Below, in pieces: positions 1 through 7,758 of a stretch of 64,000 nt of DNA; position 1 is the stretch's first letter; every line of letters starts with the position of its first letter. The translations under genes and the position numbers were made by a program. Source of the stretch: Candidatus Woesearchaeota archaeon. Lineage in GTDB: Archaea; Nanobdellota; Nanobdellia; Woesearchaeales; JAGVZT01. A model generated the notes under the pieces. The model was not told where the DNA came from. It did no database searches and saw nothing but the letters and a program-made list of their open reading frames with translations. Location of the stretch: the NCBI GenBank assembly GCA_018263355.1, contig JAANXH010000051.1, positions 10,897 to 74,896 on the forward strand, given 5' to 3'.

Positions 1-413
1 TCAAATCCTGTTTCTACAACCCTGTGGATCAAAACTCCCTTTGCATACTTTGATTTATAACTTACAATATCTCCTTCGCAAATCTCTTTTGGATCTTTTG
101 GAACATATTCTAGGGCATTTGCCCCAATATCTATTACTGGGTCCATAGAATTTGTGTCTGTAAATGTTGCCCATTCTGCATCTTTGTAATTAATAATAAT
201 TCTATCTTTATAAACAAGAATCTGCTTTTCAGATACTCTATCACACGGACTAGGTCTGTCTGTTAAATTTGCCTTAAAAAAAGAAGATATGGTATCTGTT
301 GCCTGGCCTCTTTCTAAAAAAGAATTTGTCCGGGCAGAGCTTACAAAACCTACTAGAATTAAAGCTATAAGTAAGCCAAAAACTAATTTAAATTTATGTT
401 GACCAACCCCCAT
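1..413 (-). CDS. Signal peptidase I (archaeal/Sec11-type, S26 family), C-terminal part outside window
   Basis: Manual reverse-complement translation from ATG at 413-411: MGVGQHKFKLVFGLLIALILVGFVSSART...TDTNSMDPVIDIGANALEYVPKDP...EGDIVSYKS. Has an N-terminal TM anchor, an SMDP (SGSMEP-like) catalytic Ser box and a GDIV box. Confidence 0.55.
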   Translation of the reverse strand, partial: MGVGQHKFKLVFGLLIALILVGFVSSARTNSFLERGQATDTISSFFKANLTDRPSPCDRVSEKQILVYKDRIIINYKDAEWATFTDTNSMDPVIDIGANALEYVPKDPKEICEGDIVSYKSKYAKGVLIHRVVETGF

Positions 414-529
414 AATAAAGTGGTACTTTAATGTATTTATAAATCTTTTGGTTTTTTACTATTTTACAGTAACTACAAAATAAAATCAATACCAAAATAT
501 ATAAATAGTTTTTGCACTAATCCAAAATC

Positions 530-1042
530 ATGGATGTAATAAAGGGTGAGCAGTGTCCAGTATGTTCAAAAAAAACATTAGAATTAAGAGAGGATTGTCA
601 AAAAATACCTCATTTTGGTCAAGTTTATATTTTTTCTATGACATGCTCAAATTGTAAATTTCATAAAGCAGATGTTGATTGTGAAGAAACAAAAGATCCA
701 TGCAAACACACAATTGAAATTGACTGTGAAGAAGATTTGAAAATAAGAGTAATTAAGTCTTCAGAGGCAACTATTAAGATTCCCAGAATTGTTACAATCA
801 CTCCAGGTGCTGCATCTAACGGGTATATTACAAATATAGAAGGAATAATAAATAGAGTCAAAAAACAAATAGAAATTGCTAGAGACAATGCAGAAGATAA
901 ATCCGCGAGAAAAAAAGCCAAGAGGCATTTGAAAAAAATAATCAAGGTTTTATGGGGCAGAGAAAAACTAAAAATAATAATTGAAGATCCTTCTGGAAAT
1001 TCTGCAATAATTTCTGATAAAACAAAGAAAACTAAATTATGA
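530..1042 (+). CDS. ZPR1-type zinc-finger protein (archaeal ZPR1 homolog)
   Basis: CPVC...CSNC C4 zinc ribbon, followed by a ZPR1-like segment KIPHFGQVYIFSMTC ... ITPGAASNGYITNIEG. Confidence 0.75.
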   Translation: MDVIKGEQCPVCSKKTLELREDCQKIPHFGQVYIFSMTCSNCKFHKADVDCEETKDPCKHTIEIDCEEDLKIRVIKSSEATIKIPRIVTITPGAASNGYITNIEGIINRVKKQIEIARDNAEDKSARKKAKRHLKKIIKVLWGREKLKIIIEDPSGNSAIISDKTKKTKL

Positions 1043-1699
1043 AAATATTTCAACACTTACACTTCTAAATTTATCTATTTCACATATTGTTTTTCTATAT
1101 GCCTCTTCTGTGCAGACCACAATTACATCAATATCATTGCCTTGGTTAGGTTTATATCTAAAACGATTGTACACCTGATTTTCATATCCAAATTCATTTA
1201 ATGTAGATTCAAAAATATATGCCACATATTGCTCTAGCATTAAACCTCTTAAATGTGGTATATGTTTTCTATAATCTTTTTTACTAACAATTCCACTTTT
1301 ATCTAGTTCAGTTTCAGAAATAGTTCTATTCATAATATCAGCATAAGATATACCTTCATCTCTTAGAGACCCCACTACTTTTTTTGGAGCTCCATTATGT
1401 CCATTTTTCAAAAATTCATCTATTAATTTTTCTAAATAGCTTTCCTTAAAAGAATCAACCTCAATATGAAATCCAATTTTATTATGCTGAAAAAACTCTG
1501 GAAGATATTTATGAAAACCCAACCCATACATAATATTAGAACAGCCTAATTTTTGAAGATACAATCTTGCCTGTTTAGCTTGCTCTGCTTTTGCACTATA
1601 TTCACTTCCAAGCCTAAAAACAACCTCGATTGCAGCACCAAAGCAAAAATAATCTAATTGGTTTCTTAATTTTTGCTCTGTATCGATGCGTATCCCCAC
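1037..1699 (-). CDS. Hypothetical protein (possible nuclease-like C-terminus, speculative)
   Basis: 220-aa ORF with no recognisable conserved motifs. The C-terminal NDIDVIVVC...EIDK is only vaguely PD-(D/E)xK-like. Confidence 0.3.
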   Translation of the reverse strand: MGIRIDTEQKLRNQLDYFCFGAAIEVVFRLGSEYSAKAEQAKQARLYLQKLGCSNIMYGLGFHKYLPEFFQHNKIGFHIEVDSFKESYLEKLIDEFLKNGHNGAPKKVVGSLRDEGISYADIMNRTISETELDKSGIVSKKDYRKHIPHLRGLMLEQYVAYIFESTLNEFGYENQVYNRFRYKPNQGNDIDVIVVCTEEAYRKTICEIDKFRSVSVEIFS

Positions 1700-1819
1700 T
1701 ATATATTTAATAAAATTATTTTGTATAATATAAAATTTACTAATACAATTTTAGTAGTAAATCCAAAAAATATATATTTAATCAAGTTTTTATTTTAACA
1801 AGGAGGAAATTGTTTACAG

Positions 1820-2605
1820 ATGAAAATTGGCATAATTGGGGGGTCAGGTTTAGATGATCCAAAAATACTTAGTAATCCTGTAACTATTGAAGTAGATACT
1901 CCATATGGTAAACCCTCTAGTCATATAACCTCTGGAAAGATAGCAGGAACAAAAGTTGTGGTTTTAGCAAGACATGGTAAGAACCATTCATTAATGCCAA
2001 CAAATGTTCCATTTCAGGCAAATATTTGGGCATTAAAAGAACTTGGCTGCACCCATATTCTTGCAACTACTGCTTGTGGATCTCTAAGAGAAAAAATATG
2101 TCCTGGACATTTTGTTCTTTTAGATCAATTTATAGATAGAACAACAAAAAGAAAATCTACTTTTTATGAAAAAGACAAGGTGTGTCATATTCCTATGGCA
2201 GAACCATTTTGCAAACAACTAAGAGATTTACTTGCAAAAACTTGTAAAGATCTAAATCTAGATTTTCATAAAAATGGGACTGTTGTCACAATTGAAGGAC
2301 CCAGATTTTCAACAAAAGCTGAATCTCACATGTTTCGCCAATGGGGAGCAGATGTAATTAACATGTCAACTGTTCCTGAAGTTGTATTGGCAAGAGAAGC
2401 CGGGATCTGTTATCAGGCAATTGCTATGAGTACAGATTATGACTGCTGGCACGAGTCAGAAGAGGAAGTTTCTATAAATCTTGTGCTAAAAACAATGGCT
2501 AAAAATGCAGAAAATGTTAAAAAACTTATTGTTAACACAATTGCGAAAATAAATTACAATGATTGTGCTTGCAAAGAATTTATTAAAACAGCTGTACTAA
2601 GGTGA
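1820..2605 (+). CDS. mtnP: 5'-methylthioadenosine phosphorylase (purine nucleoside phosphorylase family)
   Basis: [13 protein letters not shown]...[10 protein letters not shown]...[26 protein letters not shown]...DQFIDRTT matches MTAP nearly collinearly. GGAGG SD lies 8 nt upstream of the ATG. Confidence 0.9.
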   Translation: MKIGIIGGSGLDDPKILSNPVTIEVDTPYGKPSSHITSGKIAGTKVVVLARHGKNHSLMPTNVPFQANIWALKELGCTHILATTACGSLREKICPGHFVLLDQFIDRTTKRKSTFYEKDKVCHIPMAEPFCKQLRDLLAKTCKDLNLDFHKNGTVVTIEGPRFSTKAESHMFRQWGADVINMSTVPEVVLAREAGICYQAIAMSTDYDCWHESEEEVSINLVLKTMAKNAENVKKLIVNTIAKINYNDCACKEFIKTAVLR

Positions 2606-2611
2606 TTAAAA

Positions 2612-3127
2612 GTGGATTTAAGTAAAAAAACTAGAATTATTCCAGATTTTCCAAAAAAAGGAATCATGTTTGAAGATATTAGCCCAATACTACAAGACCC
2701 AGATTCATTTGAACATGTAATTTTTAAAATGGTTGATTATTATAAGGATAAGAAAGTAGATGTTATTGCTAGTGCTGAAAGTAGAGGTTTTATTTTTGGA
2801 GCACCTCTAGCTTTAAAGCTTGGAGCAAGTTTTGTACTTCTAAGAAAACCAGGTAAACTACCATATAAGACAATTAGACATGATTTTGAAAAAGAATATG
2901 GGACAGATGGTTTTGAGATTCACACAGACGCAATTAAACAAGGAGATAGTGTTTTAATAGTTGATGATCTACTTGCAACGGGTGGCACTAGTCAAGCAGC
3001 AATAAAACTTGTTGAAAAACTTGGAGGAAATGTTTTAAGCTTAGCTTTCTTGATTGAACTAGGCTACCTAAATGGAAAAGAAAAGCTAAAAGGATATGAT
3101 ATATTTAGGCTAATTAATAGAGAATAA
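2612..3127 (+). CDS. apt: Adenine phosphoribosyltransferase
   Basis: PRTase motif VLIVDDLLATGGT and APRT N-terminal region IPDFPKKGIMFEDISPIL. Immediately downstream of mtnP, giving a purine/MTA salvage pair. Confidence 0.9.
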   Translation: MDLSKKTRIIPDFPKKGIMFEDISPILQDPDSFEHVIFKMVDYYKDKKVDVIASAESRGFIFGAPLALKLGASFVLLRKPGKLPYKTIRHDFEKEYGTDGFEIHTDAIKQGDSVLIVDDLLATGGTSQAAIKLVEKLGGNVLSLAFLIELGYLNGKEKLKGYDIFRLINRE

Positions 3128-3177
3128 TCAAAAAACAAATAAATTTATATATTACTTGTTTATAAATATACATACGC

Positions 3178-3666
3178 ATGATCAAGAATAAAAGAGGTTT
3201 TCAACTTTCAATTAATATGATTATTATTGTAGTAATTGCTTTGGTTTTTCTTGGTGTTGTTATTGGATTGATCATGAAATCAGGAAAGATAATTGAAGAT
3301 AAGATCCCTGAACTTTTTGGTCCCGATGATGCTTTATGGAAACCTGATGCAAACAATCCTGTTTACTTAAGTCCTCCTAATTTAGAATTAGACAGGGGGG
3401 AAAATAAAAAAATTGATCTTCAGATCTTTAACTATGCTGCAAGCAATGTAACATGTAGTATTAATTTTGACTTGGATGCTGAAGAAGAATTTGTGGAATT
3501 TAGGTATTCCAAAGCGAATAGACCAATCCCTGTTGGCATGGTAGGAGGATGGACTATTGGTGTAGTTGCCCCAAAAACAACACCTTCTGATTTGTATATA
3601 TATACTGTGAATATTGAATGTGAAGAGTTTTCAAAACAATCTGATATCTTGGTTACAATAAACTAA
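3178..3666 (+). CDS. Secreted protein with class III (prepilin-like) signal peptide
   Basis: N-terminus MIKNKRGFQLSINMIIIVVIALVFLGVVIGLI: a basic KRG followed by a hydrophobic helix, the archaeal type IV pilin-like pattern. Confidence 0.45.
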   Translation: MIKNKRGFQLSINMIIIVVIALVFLGVVIGLIMKSGKIIEDKIPELFGPDDALWKPDANNPVYLSPPNLELDRGENKKIDLQIFNYAASNVTCSINFDLDAEEEFVEFRYSKANRPIPVGMVGGWTIGVVAPKTTPSDLYIYTVNIECEEFSKQSDILVTIN

Positions 3667-3710
3667 ACATCAATTTTTTATTTTAGTTAGCAGATTATAT
3701 TCTCCAAGGT

Positions 3711-4043
3711 TCATTCCAGAACTTCGATTTGGTGCGCTACTACTTGATCGTCTTGGAGCTCTCCTTTTACCTGAATATATTCACCCAGGCTAACATTTAA
3801 GATTCCATCTTCAAAAACCAAAACTTTTGTTGTTTTTGGATTAATTAAGTTTACCATAGATATTTTTCCATAGTTGTTTACACTTTCCACAGATCCTGTT
3901 AGCTTCACATCTACAATCTGAGAAGAGGGCTTATCTACTGGATTATACACAGGATAATCTCTTAAAAATAAAATAAGAGTAAGAATTATTAATCCTATAA
4001 GTGCAGTTGATATTGAAATTTTAAGTAAAAAATTATCATCCAT
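3711..4043 (-). CDS. Hypothetical membrane-anchored protein
   Basis: 110-aa ORF with one N-terminal TM helix (LLKISISTALIGLIILTLILFL) then a small soluble domain. Confidence 0.3.
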   Translation of the reverse strand: MDDNFLLKISISTALIGLIILTLILFLRDYPVYNPVDKPSSQIVDVKLTGSVESVNNYGKISMVNLINPKTTKVLVFEDGILNVSLGEYIQVKGELQDDQVVAHQIEVLE

Positions 4044-4117
4044 ACTAAAAAAATCTAAATATCAATTATTAACTATATCTCATTAAAAACCAAAATATTT
4101 CCGACATCTGTGAATTA

Positions 4118-4567
4118 TTATGTTTTAGTCATATTATGGTATTTCATAACTGTTTTTGCTATTGCCTGATTGCATTGTGCAATTCTTGCCTGTAAATCTT
4201 GTGCATGTATTTCAAATCTTTTTCTTCTAGCTCTAACACCAAAACCTTCATAAAGAGAACCATTCTCTAGCTCCCAGTCTTTTTGTCCTTTTGCTGAAGA
4301 TAAATAACTGTATTCTTGATAAGCATAATCTAACAAATCAACTACATGACCAATTGTAAATAGGTCTTTTTCAACTGTCACTGTTTCTTTTAATGGTACT
4401 AAAACATTAGCATCAGTTTCAGCTGCACAAAAATAATCTATTGATAAATACTCTCCTCTCTGTCTGATTTCTCCTATCCCAAGTTCCTTGACTTTTTCAA
4501 TTTTATTTGAAATTTTAATCACCTTTATTATAACAAAAACCGTTGTGGGGAGCCAGACTCGCGCCAT
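4118..4567 (-). CDS. Hypothetical protein
   Basis: 149-aa ORF. The GC-rich 5' end makes the annotated start uncertain; an internal GTG start is possible. No motif recognised. Confidence 0.3.
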   Translation of the reverse strand: MARVWLPTTVFVIIKVIKISNKIEKVKELGIGEIRQRGEYLSIDYFCAAETDANVLVPLKETVTVEKDLFTIGHVVDLLDYAYQEYSYLSSAKGQKDWELENGSLYEGFGVRARRKRFEIHAQDLQARIAQCNQAIAKTVMKYHNMTKT

Positions 4568-4762
4568 TATATTGCGTTCCTAGCTTGACAAGTTAAGTAT
4601 CAATGTACTTTGAGGCTTGTCCTCAACCTCTTTAACATGTGTGATTTTCAATAATTATTACAAGATAGAAAGATTTAAAGTTAATGTTTAAAGCTTATAA
4701 GTAATTACATATATTTAAACAAATCATAGAGGATTAAATTTAACAATATATTGGAGAAACTC

Positions 4763-5077
4763 TTACTTAAACTCAACTTTTTTAGCTCTTATACCTTTCT
4801 TTTGTGTGTGACCAGTATTACAAACCCTGCAAAAGAATCTTAAATCTGTTTTTTTGGTTGATTTTTTTCCATATCTCTTCCATTTAGTCAAAGCACCTTT
4901 AGAAAGCTTACCTTGGTTTCCAAAACCAGTACCTTCTCCTCTTTTTTTCATTCTGTGCTTCGATCCTTTTTTAAGAGTGCTAGGTCTACCCTTTTTTGAC
5001 TGCAATACTTTGTGCTCTGTGTGTTTTTTGCACTTTGGGCAGTATTTCTTTCTAATTTTTGGAATTTTCATAAGCAA
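4763..5077 (-). CDS. rpl44e: 50S ribosomal protein L44e (eL42)
   Basis: KYCPKCKKHTEHKV ... FFCRVCNTGHTQKKG C4 zinc ribbon; lysine-rich, 104 aa. Confidence 0.85.
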   Translation of the reverse strand: MLMKIPKIRKKYCPKCKKHTEHKVLQSKKGRPSTLKKGSKHRMKKRGEGTGFGNQGKLSKGALTKWKRYGKKSTKKTDLRFFCRVCNTGHTQKKGIRAKKVEFK

Positions 5078-5089
5078 AAGTAATTAGAG

Positions 5090-5757
5090 TATATTTAAAT
5101 AACTTTTGATATAACGAAAATCTACTGTGAGGAGCAATCCCCATAATAAATTATGGGGTTTTTAACACTCCTCACTTTTACTTAGAATGCGTTGGGTCTA
5201 AATGTCAGGACTATTCGTCCTGATCATGCTCAGGAAGCTACGCTTCCCATCGGCCCCTGGCTTATCTCACTAGCGTTCCTAACACATAAATCATAGATTT
5301 CTGACATTTAACCAGTAGCATTATGATGCAGTCACTCCACACATTCGTGTTTTGTTCGGCATCCATAAGCCTCGCTTCTGGAGTCTGAAAAGCTATCGTA
5401 AGATAGCTGCCGAGTGAACAAAGTGAACGAATGCATCTGCTTGTCAAAGGGAAGAGTGCAAAAGCCCCCGCCTTTAGGCGGTGGGATTACTTTGAAGGTT
5501 AAGCCTTTTAAGTTAGGAACTGAGCAAAGCGGAGTGAGATTAGTTGCCAGAGCAACTCAGGAACAAAGCGAAGCGAAGTGAGATTAACTCTTCAAAGCAG
5601 ATTTTCTTTACATGCAGATTTTCTGACTGAAAATCACGCACTAAAGCTTTCAGCTACGCTGAAAGTTAGGAACGTAAGTGATATTATGCTGGGTATTCCC
5701 TATCCCCATCAGAAAATACCGCTTCTTGCGTGATTTTCAATAAATTCAAGAAAAAAA
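5090..5757. ncRNA. Candidate structured non-coding RNA(s); identity and strand unresolved
   Basis: About 670 bp between rpl44e and GINS with no credible ORF. GC is clearly above the flanks and hairpins are numerous (gtgaggag...ctcctcac enclosing ccccat...atgggg; ggaagcTACgcttcc; cagcTACgctg; ccgcctttaggcgg; ctgag...ctcag). A long-range 13-nt inverted repeat ctgaaaatcacgc/gcgtgattttcag spans 5628-5743. Confidence 0.3.
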
Positions 5758-6417
5758 TCAGCTTTTTATCTCTTCTGCCCGAGATTTACTAATAAGCACA
5801 TCTGCAAGCTCCACAGGAAGGTTTGCCACATCTTCTTCTTCAAATGGTCCATATACTTCAAGCTGTTTTCCAACAAATTTTGGGACTGGTTTTAAAAACC
5901 TGATCAATTTTTGAGAATTTTTAGATTTTTGTGATTTTTTAGGCTTACTTGGTTTATTTGATTGATTTTTTGGAGTTTCTGTATTTTGATTTGGTTGTAA
6001 TTTTATTTTGGGCTGTTTTGTGTTTAGTACTTTTTTTAAGATCCCTTCTCTTCCACTCTTAAGCTGCTCTACTAAACTATCAAAGAGCAATTTTTCTTGT
6101 TTAAGAAGTGCTCTTCTATCAAGCATTTCACCTGTTTTCACACTAATGATTGCCATATTCACTATTTTTTTCTCACGCTGATCATAAAGCTGCTTTACTA
6201 ATTTGAATATACTCTCAAGTTGATTTTTCGCTTTACGCTGTTCTGCATCTGCAAAAACACTTGAATCAGATTTATTAATCAATTTTTTCTTTTCAGAAAT
6301 ATATTTCACTAAGTCCTCAAAAAAAGTTTCTTCTAATCTTTGCAGCTCATTTCTGTTTTTTTCATTTCTGAGAATATCAAATAGTGTCTCATAGGTTATC
6401 TTAATTTTCTCCCCCAT
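5758..6417 (-). CDS. Probable GINS subunit (Gins51/Psf1-Sld5-like)
   Basis: N-terminal helical segment ITYETLFDILRNEKNRNELQRLEETFFEDLVKYI fits the Gins51 A-domain pattern. C-terminal KQLEVYGPFEEEDVANLPVELADVLISKSRAE resembles the B-domain. A K/Q/N-rich linker separates them. Confidence 0.4.
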   Translation of the reverse strand: MGEKIKITYETLFDILRNEKNRNELQRLEETFFEDLVKYISEKKKLINKSDSSVFADAEQRKAKNQLESIFKLVKQLYDQREKKIVNMAIISVKTGEMLDRRALLKQEKLLFDSLVEQLKSGREGILKKVLNTKQPKIKLQPNQNTETPKNQSNKPSKPKKSQKSKNSQKLIRFLKPVPKFVGKQLEVYGPFEEEDVANLPVELADVLISKSRAEEIKS

Positions 6418-6537
6418 AAAATAAAAGGGTTTTGAAGAGTTTATATAATTTTCTGTTAACTTTATTTCTAAGAATTAACACTACAAAAGTCAATTAATTA
6501 GACAAGATTTAAATAAATTCACCAGCCCCCATTTATT

Positions 6538-7725
6538 ATGAACAGATTAGAATTCACAGACATTAGTTTTGAAGATAAACAAGACAAAGTACGGGTTTTT
6601 TTCCAGGAAAACTATTATTTTGATATAGATAAATCAGATTTAGAAAGTATTGCCAGATTTAGTTTCGGAAAAGAATATATTGAATTTGATTGTTCTGAAA
6701 AAAAAGCTACTAATAAACTAAATCGATTAATAAGAAATAATCTTGTTCATCTTACTAACAAAATTACCAAAAGAAAAACAATTTATATCACCAGAAACTT
6801 AGGGGTTCCTCTTATTGGGAATAATGCTTTTGGTATTGTGGATAGAAATACTTCTCTAATTGAAGTAAAGCCAGTTACTGGCTGCAATCTTAATTGTGTT
6901 TTTTGTTCTGTTGATGAAGGTCCAAAAGGAAAATGGGAAAGAGATTTTTTAGTTGAACCAAATTATCTTGCACAAGAGTTTAAGAAACTTGCTGAATATA
7001 AAAACTGTAATGTTGAAGCACATATTGGAGTACATGGCGAGCCTTTATTGTATCCAAAACTTGTGCAATTAATTGAATTACTAAGCTCTATTGAAAATGT
7101 TAAAGAAATTACAATGGATACAAATGGCACATTATTATCAAAAAAGTTAATTGATGATCTAAAAAAAGCAGGCTTAACCAGAATTCAACTCTCACTTAAT
7201 GCTCTTGATAAAAATGTTGCTTGCAAACTTGCAGGCTCAGCATATAATTTGGATAAAGTTCTAGACATAGTCAAATACTGCAAAGAAAAAATAGAAGTAT
7301 TAATAGCTCCAATTTGGGTTCCGGGTTATAATGATAAAGAACTAGAAAAACTGATTAAATTAAGTAAAAAATTAGGCTTAAACATAGCTATTCAAAACTT
7401 TTTGAGCTATAAACAAGGAAGAAACCCAGTCAAGCAAAAATCTTGGAAAGAATTTAATAATAAGTTAAAACAGCTTGAAAATAAACACAATGTAAAACTA
7501 TTATATGATGCAGAAGATTTTGAAATACACAAAACAAAAAAACTATCAAAACCTTTTAAAAAAGGAGATTTTGTTAAAGCAAAGGTTGTTTGTGATGGCA
7601 GGCTTGCTAACCAAAAAATCGCAGTAGCTAATAATAGAAATATTACAGTTAATAATTGTAATAAAAAAGGAATTGTTAAAGTTAAGATAATCAGAGATAA
7701 ACACAATATTTTTTTTGGTGTTTAA
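6538..7725 (+). CDS. Radical SAM domain protein (archaeal COG2100-like)
   Basis: CNLNCVFC (CX3CX2C) motif followed by a GEPLLYP glycine-rich motif; 395 aa. Confidence 0.7.
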   Translation: MNRLEFTDISFEDKQDKVRVFFQENYYFDIDKSDLESIARFSFGKEYIEFDCSEKKATNKLNRLIRNNLVHLTNKITKRKTIYITRNLGVPLIGNNAFGIVDRNTSLIEVKPVTGCNLNCVFCSVDEGPKGKWERDFLVEPNYLAQEFKKLAEYKNCNVEAHIGVHGEPLLYPKLVQLIELLSSIENVKEITMDTNGTLLSKKLIDDLKKAGLTRIQLSLNALDKNVACKLAGSAYNLDKVLDIVKYCKEKIEVLIAPIWVPGYNDKELEKLIKLSKKLGLNIAIQNFLSYKQGRNPVKQKSWKEFNNKLKQLENKHNVKLLYDAEDFEIHKTKKLSKPFKKGDFVKAKVVCDGRLANQKIAVANNRNITVNNCNKKGIVKVKIIRDKHNIFFGV

Positions 7726-7726
7726 A

Positions 7727-7758
7727 GAAAAAAGAAAAAAAAAGAAAAAAATTTAGGT
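7727..7758 (-). terminator. Oligo-T terminator candidate downstream of the S-layer gene
   Basis: The plus strand reads aaagaaaaaagaaaaaaaaagaaaaaaattt, which is a T-rich tract on the minus strand immediately after the S-layer stop. Archaeal terminators are typically oligo-T. Confidence 0.3.

Noticed and set aside
4560-4762. Expected rps27e gene downstream of rpl44e
   Set aside because: L44e and S27e are often adjacent in archaea. Manual translation of all minus-strand frames below rpl44e gave only very short ORFs, so S27e is not encoded here.
5262-5447. 61-aa minus-strand ORF inside the 5.09-5.76 kb region
   Set aside because: It falls within a GC-rich hairpin-dense tract better explained as structured RNA. 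There is no RBS and the composition is odd.
5090-5757. Identification of the structured region as SRP (7S) RNA
   Set aside because: I searched both strands for the conserved helix-8 GGAAGG(A/G)AGCA(G/A)C signature and did not find it. The region is also about twice the length of archaeal SRP RNA. It is left as an unknown ncRNA.
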